Shown: positions 34,406 through 48,245 of the stretch, in pieces
Numbering within the stretch: position 1 is the first letter of the stretch
How the letters are laid out: the number at the start of each line of letters is the position of its first letter
Source of the DNA: Marsupella aquatica
Taxonomy: Eukaryota; Plantae; Marchantiophyta
Direction: 5' to 3'
Assembly (NCBI GenBank): GCA_973895155.1
Contig: OZ316895.1
Location: 1,052,435 to 1,116,434 of the forward strand
DNA length: 64,000 nucleotides
Position numbers and translations under genes: made by a program
Notes under the pieces: model-generated
What the model was told of the DNA's origin: nothing
The model's database searches: none
Seen by the model: only the letters and a program-made list of their open reading frames with translations

Positions 34406-37400
34406 AATCATAGTTTCGACAGCGGCAGTCGCTTTTCGCGGTTTCTCCTGAATCATCTTCGTCGACCATGCAAGGTTGACCGCACGGTTCAACTGTGCAG
34501 TTTGCTTGGAGTCACCATACATAGTAGACACCACACAAGGACAGGTGTAAGCACCACACAAGAACAAGTGTACTGGTCATTAAGAGGGGTCCTACTTGGT
34601 AAAAAAAGTTACCTAGGGACCCATCAGGTAAGAAAGGTTCACCAGGGGGCCCATCAAGCATATATCTCAAAAGGAATCACTTATAGTAATGTTCCCTAGC
34701 TGGCATTTTTGAAACATTGAATTTGTGAGATGGGCGCCATAACATAATTAATTATTTATTTATTTTATGTGTGACCTAATTACTATTGGGATAGTGGAAT
34801 GTACCTTCAAAGGTCAAATGGGGTCTCATCAAGACTTTGTGGAAAGTTTGGTCCCAACAACGGCAGAGGATATGCTTTGAATTACCCAAAGCAAATTTCT
34901 AGGTTACATTCGTACAATCTCACATGCACAAGTTGGAGGGTGTTTTTTCCACACTGCAGAGGAGGCCTGGGCAGGATCCCAATTTTGGAGGACACAAAGG
35001 AGATGGGAAAAGTGGCTGGGACGGACAGCAGCTAAATATAAATCTCAAATGTTATTTTTAAATGGGAAAACTGCCTACAGCTTTGCATGCAAGAAAACCC
35101 TGGGTTATATTTTTGCATTTTTTATATAATTTCTTCCACAATCACAAGTGCCTTGGGGGCATAACACATTTGACCAGCCCGAAGTGGTTTATCATATAGA
35201 ATTCATATTCATATTCATATTACACCCAAAGAGCAGAATCTGAAGTGAAACTTCGTGGGCTGAGATTGAACTTGAGACTTGCTGGTGACAAGGAACCCGT
35301 CGACACCTGAGCTGATCACCAGGCCCCACTCAGGTGGTTTAAACACCAAATCTTTACTCCCACCAGAAAAAAACTATAAAAACTCAAATGTGAAAAAGGA
35401 GGAAAAGCACAGTTCACTAAAAAGTGCCAACCAAAGTACAATTGAATTAGAAGTAAAAGTAAAATAGGTACATAGAGGACAAACACCAAACTCAAAAATG
35501 AGAGCAAATGCAAACCCCGGAATGTAGAAAGAAAAAAGGTACATGATAGCATTTGCAGGTGTGGGTATAAGTAGCCACACCTGAATCTTTGAGATATTTT
35601 TCTGCACATGACTGAGCACTGAAATTCCTATACAGGGAAAGCTGCAACGCCCAGCACGAGTGTGGCCCATGTGAGCTATTTAAAATATCTCCATATCTCA
35701 ATGAATTAAAAAAAAGAACTGTACCGGGTATAGGGGAGGGTTGGAGGATGAATAAATCCAGCGCCATTCAAAAATAACAGATTTGGGTTTTGGACCAGAT
35801 TTGGATATATTCCTTGTGGCCGGCCTTCGTTTGCTGACTTTTTTGGAGTTGAACGTCCCTCGCCCCTCAAGTAAAGCTATCTACAGCTACCAGACGTCAC
35901 CCATAGTCCCTTGAAGTAGGTCATCTCACACCAAGAAAAAGGTTGGGTAATCTAGTTCTGAGTCCCCATGAACGGTCTACTCTGGCCTGTCAGGATTTTC
36001 TTTGATCGTTCCCTAGCAGTTCTGCCAGGGGCCTTGTCTGCCTTGGTGGGTTGTCTTTGTGGGTAGCGCTTCCCCTGGGTGTGTTTGGGGTGTTACTGAT
36101 TCCGCTTTGTCTCTAGCCTGGTGAGCTTGTAATAATTTTCGTTCATTTTATTAAGCCGAAGGGCTTTCCCTCGCCCGTATAGAATTATTTTATTTCAAGA
36201 TTTTTTTGTGTCTTCATGTCTGTTCACGTTCGGGTAATCGGATTAGTACAATTAAACCTGATTCAGTAGTGTTCCATAGATTTTTTTTTGTTTTTAACAG
36301 ACATCCACAAGACTTGTCATAAGGAAGCTTGATACACGGGGCACAAAACAATAAATAAATAAACTCACCAGAATAATCTGGCTCTAAAAATTTCTCTAGA
36401 TTTCAGTTAGGGAACTCCTACAACTTGCACCGACTTCTTTTTTCGAAGTTCAGAACACCCCTTAAATTTCTGTCTCAGTGATTGAAATTCTGAGCATGAT
36501 TACGGTAATTATTGTTAGAAGTCATGAGCAGGACCTGTTTGCCGGATTGCTGTAGGATTGAGACGCCTAGAGTGCTCATCTTTGTTGGGCACAGTATTTT
36601 CCTAGCACTGTGCAACAGCCTCCGCATGAGAGGGTGGAGATCTTACGTGGCATTCCATCGTTAGGAAAGGCTGCCATCCATTGGAAGGCTATACGAGTCG
36701 ACATCACAATATCCTCCCAGTCTTCTTGCGAACGTGGTTATGCTGAAAAAAGGTTGTCTGTCAGGAGATGAGGACTAGACCCAACCACTCTTATCTCTTC
36801 GATGTGGCGTCTATGGATGGACCTATTGTAGCCCCGCCTCGCTGATGAACGAACTGATTTGTGTACATTGTTAGTAAGAGCCTCGTGGAGAGTCGATATC
36901 GCTTCTCAGAAACACTAAACCAGCAACTTGAGTGGAGTGTTTCATAAGCTTCCGTTAGAAATGCTTATTTGTTCACGTATTGGCCCACAGTACAAACGTC
37001 GTCTAGTGAGTGGTAACTCGATTCCTGATTCTTGATTAAAGAAGAACTATTTTAACTTGTTTCCATGCTGTCGCACGTGACCTTTTAGTTTTTCCTCGAT
37101 CTATTTTTCCCGGTATTTCGCCAAACATGAGTCGCCCGCCTCTTTCAACAGATAAAACTGTTTCCGAGTCACTTGGTGTCATATTAAGTTTTGCAGACTG
37201 TTATATCTGGAATATATTTTACTCCCCCGTTCCCTGAAATTGCCTACATATTTTTCCACTCACGGTGGGTGGGAGGTCATATTTAGAGCTGCTTATCAAA
37301 TAAAATGTATTCATTATTTATGTGAAGGACATGACAACTACAGTCTAGTAGTCATGGATAGCACTTGCACCAAGCACAGAGCTTAGAGTGGCACACTCCA

Positions 37401-38532
37401 CAGCTCTTTTTTTCTCTGATATGTTTTGTTGCAATGAAGAAACAAGTTCACAACAGGGAATTCCCGCGACAGGGTGCCAAACGAGGGGAACCCTAAAGCA
37501 GCCGCAGCAGCTATAGGGTCTCAAATGGTACGAAAGTAAAGCGCTGAAGAAGTGGCCAGCTGAGTCTAGTTATGAAGGTACTTGTTCTGCTTTTCTCAAT
37601 GTAATTAACTTAGGATCAGCACAATTCAAGTGAGTCAAAGTGTTTATGTAATTTGGGAACCTACCGCATAGAGTTGAATACGCTTACTCTCCAAATGTGG
37701 CTGACTTGGACCCATTCGAGACGGTCTCTGGTTGACGGCTTGGTTTGCTGGGCTTTTGTGGCGGTGGTGCCGTTCCTTTCTCATTTCCCTCTCTCTTGCC
37801 TTGTCTTGGTCCCTTTTGTGGGTGCTGGCTTTCTTCGCACGTTGCTGGGTAATAGATTGTACTTTTGAACCTTCAGCCCAATAAATTAAATATGTAACTT
37901 GGGAAATAGTGCTGATAAACATGTCTCGATCGACACTAAGAGTGGGCCACAAAATTGCGCAGGTTGGAAAATGGTGTGCACTAACAAGTCCCGCTTCTCA
38001 ATCCCCTTATGTTCATTATTTTTGGTGGAAGTTTCCCCTCCCTCCTTGATCGATGGCTGCCTGTACTCTGCTTGAGCACAAAGATGAATTATCTCAGCCC
38101 CTGTCCAACCAACTCCAACAAAGGAATGGGGCTACGACCCTGCTTTTCCATGTTAAGCCCACTTTTGGTGGATCTAACAGTCTCAAGAAAACCCTAACCT
38201 GCCTTTCTTCGTAGCTCCTTCGCCGAACCCGGAAAGGCACACCTTGGAAGATTGCCCGATAGACCGCGTCATCAAAGTGAAACTTGCCGAACGGTATATA
38301 AAGTCATAGACAAATATACCCACGAGCTGCAGGTGGAAACGGCGAAGGGCCCAAGGTTGTATTTCCCTACACCTACTGAACTGAGGGTTATGGGGAAACA
38401 ATTCTTGGTGAAGAAGAGTTCTACAGATTGGTTGCAATCCCAAGCATGATATCTGTTTCTTTCGTCTCATAATCAGGCGTATAGTAAGTTAATCTATAAT
38501 CTTTAACACCAGCTTTGAATCCAACACCTGCT

Positions 38533-38691
38533 TCTCAAATAAATATTTTCTATAATAAAAAAGACGGTCGTCCCACTTAAAAGTATTTGAGATAATAAAA
38601 GAATTGGATCCAACCGCCAACCCTGAAAGAAAAGGATTCCTCCACACAATAAACCAATAGATGAGAAAAGAGAGTCATAATATTGGGAGAC
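38533..38691 (-). pseudogene. ycf66: Nuclear plastid DNA insertion (NUPT): ycf66 3' exon fragment
   Basis: [53 protein letters not shown] contains the Ycf66 signature GGILFFQGWRLDPILL. AT-rich plastid-like codons; no 5' exon or transit peptide. Confidence 0.88.
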
Positions 38692-39279
38692 AGAATTCAA
38701 CTGTCTTTTTATGATTTGTTTGTTGCCATTAGATTGGTAAATCCTTCAACAGTAGCTTACCCTGAGCGTTAATGTACGGCATAGCGAAAACCAAAGTGCT
38801 TTGATATGGCCTCGAGTATGGGTAAAAATTCTTTGTTTTCAAGAGTTCATTTGATTATTTTGCTGAGATATGGTACTGGATGCAAAGCTCATTAAAGATT
38901 CAATGATATATGTGGTGTCTGTGAAATACTCTTGGCCAAAATGAAGGATACTATATTGTACCTGTCTCATTTCAATTGCATGTGTTACTTTGAGATTGTC
39001 ATACACTAAAGATTCTACGAGATTTTCTGGCACTCAACGTCTGGAGGTGAAGTTTCTGGTGCGTGTCACACTGATCTCGACGTGCAGATCAAAGTTTGTC
39101 AACCTTATGTGACTTTTCTCACATGCACAGGTTCAGGAAAACCCCTTGAAGGTCGGGTTCTCTTTATTCTAATTGAGATCTCTCTCTTAGCCCTTCTCTA
39201 TCTTGTATACTTACATCCCGGGTACTGTATATCGTCAAACAATGGTGCGAACATTAATTAGTGCGTACCAAGGTCTACC

Positions 39280-41290
39280 TTTCAGCGAAAATTTACAATG
39301 CATAAGTTTTGTTTAAACAGCCATTCCAGAGGACTGAAATCAACTCTACCTGTGAGAGACGTCCTTGGAAACGGCCACGTCACCTGGCCAAAGTGCTTCA
39401 TTGACATCCAATCTCTCAAGGGAATCCACCAATCCGAAAAATTCAACTGGACTAAGGGCACACCCAACGAAATATTATCGGTTTTCTCTTCCAGATAATT
39501 ACTGTGCAGTATTTCAGAACTCGTGCCAGTCCAAGCATCACTACGGTTTAGAAAATATTCATCTTGAGGACATTTCGCGATGCCCACTTTTCCCTGGCCA
39601 AAACGTTTTACCCAAATTCACATTCCAAAAATCAAACACTATTGCAGTACAGAAATAAGGTTTCCTAATTCTTTTCTCCGGACAGCCCTAAAGATACTTT
39701 CCTCACTCCTGCCAATGATGATGGTGAGTAGGCGAATGTGACGATCTAGCCCAAGGTGGAATAACTTGACAGACAATGCTCCGAGCAGGAAGCTCCATGA
39801 TAATATGAGGGTCATGTAATGCCAAAGTTTACTCCAAACCTTGTGATCACGTTCTTCATCGCGGAGACAACTGAAAAAACCACTCAAATCGTGCCTGATC
39901 TATGCGAGATAAAGGAGAAAAAGTAGTAGCTGATCTAGCAGAAGTACATTCTGTTTGGGTTCAACTCCAAACTGCCGCAATGTTGAATTCATGCAACATC
40001 AGGATATATTCAGTTGAGTTGAACAGAGCTGGCCAGGGAGTGGAATTTCTCCATCAGACTTTCCCGGTCAAAAATATAAAGCGTTTCTATTTTGCACAAA
40101 GTCGCCACAACGTTTTAGTGGTGGAGATGAGAAAAGCATATATCCTTCTACCAACTGAGACGATAAAATGTTGAGCTTCAATTTGATTCTGAATCAAACG
40201 ACCTTCCAGTCCACATGTTCGTTTTTCAGTGCGAGGAAGGAGAATCAAGCTCGGAGACAAAATGGCCTATCAAGGGTTTCATCACAGGCATCAACTACTA
40301 ATATCGAGGTCTTCAAGTCAAAGAGGTATTTTCCATTTAATTCCTCACTTGCAATTTTACCCACAGTGGAAGGATTAGGATGACGATACACGCTCCATTT
40401 ACTGGTTTCCAACTTGAGGGCCACCGACCTTCCTGTTATCATCCCAACCACGAACCCACGGTTGACCTGGTTGTGCCCTGGTCTCCGTTGATGAATGCTC
40501 GTTCAACCTGTCAGAAACTTGTTTGTGGATTGCAGAAAAGACCTGCAGTGAACTCGACATGACCAAAAGTACAGGCTTAACACTTGTTCAATTATCCGTC
40601 TACATAAAACATTTCTCAATGAATCACGAAAATCAAATTGATTAAGTCCAAAACAACTAGATCGTGGTTGACTAGAATACGTACTGGATTATTAGCAATA
40701 TTTTCTGGGGCCTCGACTTGTCCAGTGATCCAACTTAGCAAATCAGGATTCTCCTGCAATCGCATGAAGCAAAATTGTTGAAGACAAAAATTCACTTGCA
40801 AAACTGATTGTGCTTTTAGACACAAGTGACTATCAACTTTCAATATTACCAAAAAATCTAACTAACACGAAGCCTTATACAACCAGAAGGTTCATAATGA
40901 TAACGACAGTTGGTCACATGAAACAAAAATTGGCAACGACACGACAACATGCTTCGGAAGTGAACCCTTTCAAGTCAACAGAGGCGTCTTGTCATGCGTT
41001 CAACTTGTCAATGGAAGCCCGATTACTCATAATTATAACCGAAACAATCACTACTGCGGACAGTCAGAAGAAATGCCCTAAAATTTGGAGGGACAGCTTT
41101 AATTACCTCCTCCAAAAATTCGACGAGTGCTCCTAGCCCTTTGTCATCTAGCTGCTCAATGTTTTCAGTGGCCCATTTGCCAAGCAGTAGATCAAGCTCA
41201 AGATAACCACGCTGCCTACTCCTATATAATATCCTGCATAATTACTACAACTGTGAGTTGCAGGCAAAGTTTCTCCCATCTGGACAGAGT
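39280..41290 (-). pseudogene. Decayed type-II membrane fucosyltransferase-like gene
   Basis: N-terminal TM YYIGVGSVVILSLIYCLA; exon after ctgcag with FC..KFLTG*...PGHNQVNRGFVVGMITGRSVAL...NGKYLFD; later DRHIRLL and DWWIPLRDW. Multiple stops and frameshifts. Confidence 0.45.
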
Positions 41291-44200
41291 AGTCAATGAC
41301 ACTGGATGGCAACAGCGTCAAAGAACACGCAGCCCTAAACATACACCACAAGTGCCAATTCGTGTACTGAAATCAACGCCAAGAAGCAGCCCAGCCTATA
41401 GAATCTACCTGTTAAGGCGGCGTCTGCGTTCTTCATTAGCAGGGCAGCCCACAACCTCTGTCGTCATATTCCGTGCATTGTCTCTATGTCCAGCGAAAAC
41501 TCAAACAACGTTAGATCGTCCTTTGACACAGAGAACCTTGTCAGTTCCGAAGAAAACAGCCGAGTAACGTCTCAAATCCGACAGAAAGAATTCAAATATC
41601 CCTGCAGTTGTCAACACACAAGTATGTAGCTAGATTTTAGGCCAACCTCCTCGTGCACGAAGGCGATGCTAGTGTCCAATCAGCAGTAAATGGACTAGCA
41701 GGCACTGCCACTCGACGCTCGAATACCTTCAATTGCCTGCGCGCACCATCAACCGCTAGTCTAGCACCTCGAGCGAACATGTTTCCAAATTTTCTGCAAA
41801 TTCTTCACAACTACAATTTATCAGAGACTTACGTTCCTTGCCCCGAACGGATATTGGGGAATTTCTGAAAAATGAGAGGGGGGGATGCCCCACAAGATGC
41901 AAATCCTAACCTGAGAGATCTACACAACCATACTGAAGAAGTGCTGCTTTGCTCTCTGGATTTCCCATACACTGATTGAATTAACGAATGCGTTACTGAA
42001 AGCGTCCTGAATTGTTAGAGGTCTTCAAACGAACCAGCAGACAGCAATTTCCAAAGGGAGAACCCACCAATCCGCAAGGGCAGAATTCGTATTCTCGGCT
42101 GCAGGTAATATTCAACGTGCACGAGATCTCTCTGCTGGAAACAAGCAACCTTTACATACGATCAGATGTACCAAAGCCAACCGGAGCCACTTTCTTCATA
42201 ATTAATTCTGTGCTCTGCTCGTGAGAGGGCCACGAAGGCCATGCTTCCGTAGCATCTGGAAATCATTCACATGCTTTCGTGGTTCTTCCACAACCAATTG
42301 GATCTTCGCCACATTGGGCTCAACTTTTGGTCAATGTCATGACATTCCTGCATCCAAGGGAGGTTTGTCTGTAAACCTGGCACTTCCACATCTGCCATCT
42401 CAGAAGCGTTTCTCACCGTTCTTTAACGTCAACCTTTTCTCCATCTAGGGGGAGGCTCCATTGCAACCAATCTTGTCACTGGCTGATTCTGTCAAACAAA
42501 CCAAATAAGTGACAACCTTCACATTGGTCTATGGGTCCATGATGTTAAAAGTCATTTATTCAAATATATCAACAACACCTGAAGTTACCTCTAACAAAGA
42601 GGCACCCAAAGAGCCCCTTCCACACCAGCCTATTTGTTAAGGTTTTTTTATTTTTAGCCACTGTGGCTAATGTTTGCTTCTCTAAGGGGAGAAGATTCTA
42701 GGAATATGCTCTATCAGATTTTACTGAATTAAATCATGACTGTCAGATATCCCTAGATTTAAGGAGGACCATTAGATTCTGGCTAATGGGGTCCATGATT
42801 TGCTGGAAGAGTGGCTAATGGTATAAAAAAATCTAGCAAATATTAGCCAAAAGGCATTTTTGGGGGAGGAGGAATTTGGCAAAATTTTGCACTTAAAAAA
42901 TAAGCTGTTCCACACAGCCCAAGAGGAGGCCAGGTGCACTTATATCAAACAAGGTGAAAGGACCCAAAGAACCTGAGCTGAATAATACTCCAGAAAGACC
43001 ACCAATGTCGATGAGTTCATTTTGGAAGTTGAAGCCCAAACTAACCAATTCGGAGAAACCATGCAGCCCCCATGGACTGTGATGTAAAATTAAGCTCGGA
43101 TTACTGCAGAACTTCTGAAAAGAGTTGGATTAATAACCCTTGTGGTATAGATTTTGAAATGTGACCTGTAAGCCGTCTCCTGAAGGATTGCAGCCTATTT
43201 CTGGTAGTTTAAAAGGTAATAAGTAGTTTTTCATGCCCAAACTACTCACAGCATCCTTCACAAAAGTAAAACTGTTACAATATATGACTATCTTTGTGCT
43301 CATAGTAATTAAATTTAATAATCTCAGAGCTTTGCCACATAATAGATTGGACATCAGATAACATGCTGAAAAACTTTGAGCTTAAACAGAGACAAGACAG
43401 CAAAAACCAACTGTTAATAGTTGGTCATGGCACCTCAAAGCAGCCTTCTCTTCGTTATGGCGTGAACTGGCTAATGGCTTCACATAGTCAATTGGGGTGG
43501 GCAGGCCAATCTTTTGGTTCATATCGGCTTTGGTTTCAAAACTTGTGGATAGCTTTTTCACTATAGAAGGAAGAAAAGGGTAAGAAGAAATGGTTATAAA
43601 AGTATTTAGCCAATCATCTTGGTCACCTAAACTTGTAACTAACTTTTGTGCACTTGGGAAAAAAATCTTAATCCAAAACTACTGGAGTGGAAATCTAACA
43701 CAAGGTCAAAGAAAAAGTGGGATGGGAGTGGGGGAGGAAAAAAAAAGAAACAAAAGGCTTCTAATTGACATAAACAATTTAAGGAATCATTTGTATCCAC
43801 ACAAAATGAATCAAGGGCGGCTTGAATGGATCACAAGTGAAAGGCTGCATAAAAGGCAAACAATAATGATCACATTTCTTCTTGATGTACTGACACCACT
43901 GATTCGGTGCAAACTGAATCATCACAGGACCCCTAGTGAGTGTAAACGAATGAAACATACCTATGATGGAGTCCCCCCCTAGTACCTTTGTTTTTTATGT
44001 GTGTGTGTGTGTGTGTGTTTTTTGTGGGGGGGGGGGGGAGGAGGGGCTGGGGGAGAGAGTATTAAAATTAACTTTATGTAAGCACCTTATTTTTTAATGT
44101 GCCATTAAACAGAGACAACACTAACCAAAGATACATATATGCCCCGGTTAACATTTTGGTAATGAGCCATGTGGATTTGCACACAAGGTACATGAGAAGA

Positions 44201-45319
44201 GAACAAGCACCCCTCCATTTGTATGCTAGGAAGGTCCTATTGAAGGCGCCCTCTGTCGGCCACTCTTCACTTCCAGCCCCATGAAACCTAGCCCTGAAGG
44301 CGCCCTCTGTCGGCCTGAAGACAACAGTCCTTCAGCCCACGCTTTACCCCCAACTACAAGGGCCAAACCCCTGAACCCCAAACATTGAGTACATGACACA
44401 TGTACCACTTAAAATTGGACACATGGCATAATCATATAAGTATGCATACCATCGGCTCTTTCAGACCTCTTCGGTTGAAAAACATGACACATATTCCAAC
44501 TTTAGTTATTCCATAGCTTAACAAAGATTTCTAAATTGGATCAATCCACAAGTGGAGCCATTTGAGAACATTGCAACAATCCAGTGTCCAGTCACCGCGA
44601 CCTACTTTCTGAAATCACTTCATTCAACATCGCTCTCAGACACGGCTCATTTTTGTGCAGGCTTGCATTGAACGGGATTGATTTGGTCTAGCTCACTACA
44701 GTTCTTTGCAGCAATTCAAAAGAATGATTGTTCTGAAACGGTGACAGAGAAGTCATCGATGGCAACCAGCGATCAGGAGGGCCGATATCGGGTTAGCAGG
44801 TGGAATGAATGATAAGAGTAACGATCGGTAGCCTTTAAGTCGGAAACAAATACGTGGAGAGGTTCTCTTCATCCTACTCCTGCAGCTGTAGATCACATAC
44901 ATTGTGAGTGTTTAGTAAGCGTACAACAAAAAGAATGAAAAGGTTGCCTTCTTTTATGACTTGAATAGGTTGATTGTGGCAGTCATGGTATAACTAGTGG
45001 CTTTCGTGAAACATGTCAAGCTGTCCTGTCCACTGCTCTTGAGGCTCTTCTTAGTTCTATCAATCAACTCGAAACTGTCTGAACGTGGCCTTTGATTTTA
45101 CCGCATTGGATTCTGTGCTATTCGAGTCCCAATTCGAGTGACCAGTACTCTGGAATGCAATCTCTTCCAGGCTGCTAGAGAATAATGCAAGTTTAACTCC
45201 AGACGCACAATTTGCTGAATCGTTTATAGAATCCCTGAGATTGGAAATTGTCAGCTCCACCAGTGTGATGGGCACTTTGCTGAAAGGCATCCTTTAGAAT
45301 CTGGTCGAGGAGTAAAAGC

Positions 45320-46392
45320 CTACGATTCTTGCGAGCTCTCATGACCAGCATCTCCGGAGTCAGCAAACCCAAGAAAGCGGTCAAGCGACTTCACCAACTT
45401 TGAAGGGTCAGAAGCTGGATAACGGGCAAGAGATTTCAAATCCATACTCTTCAACGTGTCAATTAGCGTCTCTGGTGTGGCACAAAACAAAAAATTACGT
45501 TCTGAGAGCTCCTCTGCCAGCTCACTTTGATGATTGTCCATGAGGAGATTGTTCACGACAACCACCAGAGGCCGACCCGCACGCAAGGTCTCAAAAATGC
45601 TCCCAGAGCCTGTGGAAAGGCTTGGACTAGTTAGTCAACTAAAGTATGCGAGATCATTGCAACATTTCTATCAAGACAGTGCATTGAAAACAAACGGTTA
45701 TAGTCAAAACTGCTCTCTGTAAGTCAATCCCCAGGAATTTAGCTCAAGCATCCAACAAGGAGCACGGCACCTGCGTGGCTGATGACAAGAGCAGCAGTGC
45801 TTATCTGCTCGACGAGATCTGGAGCTGAAGTAAAGTATTCCACTTTCACATTTTCCTCCTCACCCGTGCCCTGCGATCAACAATGACTATAAATGTGAGC
45901 CTGAGATGTATGTCTCAAAGGCAGACGTGAAAGGTAGTCGGATCCCAAATATGACCAGTCAATCAAGATATTTGAGACCTGTAACATATACCGGCGCTTT
46001 GCCCGCAAAAGGAAAATCAGCCTTGCAATGCCATGTGGGCACAACAGCAATTTGATTTGAATTGAATGGAATTTGAACTAACTTAGATTGGTCTGCCATG
46101 AACTGAATTTAAGAGCACAATCATTGAATCTGAATTGTGGTGCATATTGGATAGATCATACAACGGACTGCGGTTAGCTTGTCACGGTCGCGGGAATGCG
46201 CAACAGACACACAAACAGGGCCGGTCGCTTCACCTTAGGAGGCAGACAGGTGCCGTTGCCGAGCTGAATCACGAGAGAAGAGAACCCCAGACGTTGTAGC
46301 ACTTGCAAACAGTCGTGCGTCGTCACAGCTTTCACCAGAGCGTCGAATAGAGTACTACCCACGGTCACAAATACTTTTCCTTGGTCTTTCAT
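45320..46392 (-). CDS. ALG13: UDP-N-acetylglucosamine transferase subunit ALG13; exons 46234-46392, 45771-45870, 45320-45609
   Basis: VFVTVGSTLFDALV...LVIQLG; LVISHAG|SGSIFETLRAGRPLVVVVNNLLMDNHQSELAEEL. Both GT-AG introns keep the reading frame. Confidence 0.95.
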
Positions 46393-48245
46393 TTTGCTTC
46401 AGTTTGCACAACAATATCCGATTGCTACCCTTCGTGGCAGTCTTGACCCATCAAATAGCAGAGGAATTGAATGAAGTCGACTTCATTCCCTTTGCAAAGT
46501 GCACTACCCAACGAACCACAGAATCCAAGTGCTAGACGTTGACCGATCTACTTCACGAGTCTACAGTATTTGACACAATGATACTGCACTGACTGTCCCT
46601 CGTCTGTCCCTGACGCATAACAGCAAGCAGAGAGCGGCCGCTTGATTTGATTGCTGGCACATCATCCCCCTCTCGGGCTCCTTGCGATACTTCCGATAGC
46701 AGTCTCTGAACGTAACGCAAAAATCTTCTCTCGGCACCGGCACTTCCTGTTCTCATCAATTATCAATGAACCTGCAAGCCTCTGGTCACCAGTCAGTCAG
46801 TCACGCTAATCCAGCTCAACCCTAGCCGACCCAGAAAGTGACAAGCCACGAGAGTAATAAGTGAAGCCCTGCGGTAATGTCGCTAGCACTTAATCACTAG
46901 AGACGATAAAAAGAAGAAAATTGCTGCATAGTCGGTTGATTCTCGAGTGGCTCTCAAGATGAGTCATTCAATCAATGAATGAGATCGGAAGGCAGACATT
47001 GCCGAAACCAGAACTTCCGTACGCCTGAACTGAATGGTGTCAAATCTCTGCCGACGGAATTTCTTCATTTGATAGCGAGGTTTCACAATGGAAGCCTGAC
47101 TCATGCGCCTAGGCACGAGGATATCAACTCGCATTTCCTTCCTGACTGCCAATCAATCGTTTAAGCAGCCTCAGCATTCTAAGGCCTCGGATGCCCAGCT
47201 AAAATCAATCGATTACCGATCTACTTTAGGAGTGCTGATCTAGTTTCTTTACCAGGTCGAGGGGAGTTTAATACTCGCTTTCATTAACACCACTGGCTTT
47301 TGGGTCCACTGAATTTTCTGGGAATAGTACTAACAGGGCAGCAAGTTTCTTGGCGAAACAGAACTCATCCATCCATATTCCTTAATTCCAAAATGTTGAC
47401 ACACCTGTGTTGAGAAATGCCATCACGTTCGAGGCCACTGCGACCATAAAATGTTGCGATAAAAACTTCCGAGCTCCCTCCGCTATAAGAGAGTAGTGGC
47501 ACAGTTCCAAGCGAGATACACCTTAATTGAGCATAGCTTGGGGGTGCCACGAAATTTGTTATATGTTCATTGGCTCGTCTGTGAGTCCGGTTTGGTTTCC
47601 TCTTAGGACAGGGACAGACGAGATGTCCTCACAAGACTGGTTACACATAAGCAACTGTTCACAAAAACAGTAAGTTCGGGATAGTAAACGCATTAGAAAC
47701 ACAGGAACTTTTGGAACTAGGATGTCACTTTTCAAAACAACGGAGACACTTTCCCTCAAGATTCATTTTTCACTTGGGGTTATCAACCAATTCTGGGTTC
47801 CGGGGAATGGTTAACGAAACACATCTCATGAGCAGTATTTTAGAGGTTTCCCTTGTCTGCTTGTTCGATAATCAGGCCTCCTCCGAAGATCTCCCCAACA
47901 CTTCTCAAAGTCCGTTTATGCGCATTTCACAAAATTCTGCTTACACGATCTGTAAGCACATAGCTCTGGTTCGCAAGTAGCAGGTGAGGGAGATGTCCAT
48001 AGTTAATTACAATTTAACCGTGGATGGTTTTGAAGGTGGAGAAAGTTTCTATAAACCTCTGCAACATTTGTCGCATTATTTTCTGGAGAGGCTGCAATTG
48101 TCCTTCTTGTGAAGGTGGGAGGTGGCAAAATCACTCCAGTTATTGATCTTTTCCTCCCAATCAGTCTACCAAACCCTAAACCTGGATAAAGAACGTAGGA
48201 ACGAACATAGAGAACCTGCAGGTGATACCTGCCTGCTGGAAGGTT

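Noticed and set aside
35840-37890. Possible 5'-truncated LINE 3' ends (35840-36200, 37640-37890)
   Set aside because: Composition is suggestive, but no RT motif, clear poly(A) tail or TSD could be shown.
41590-43130. Exon-like fragments on the minus strand
   Set aside because: All frames contain stops and I could not recognise a family; possibly another pseudogene, but unsupported.
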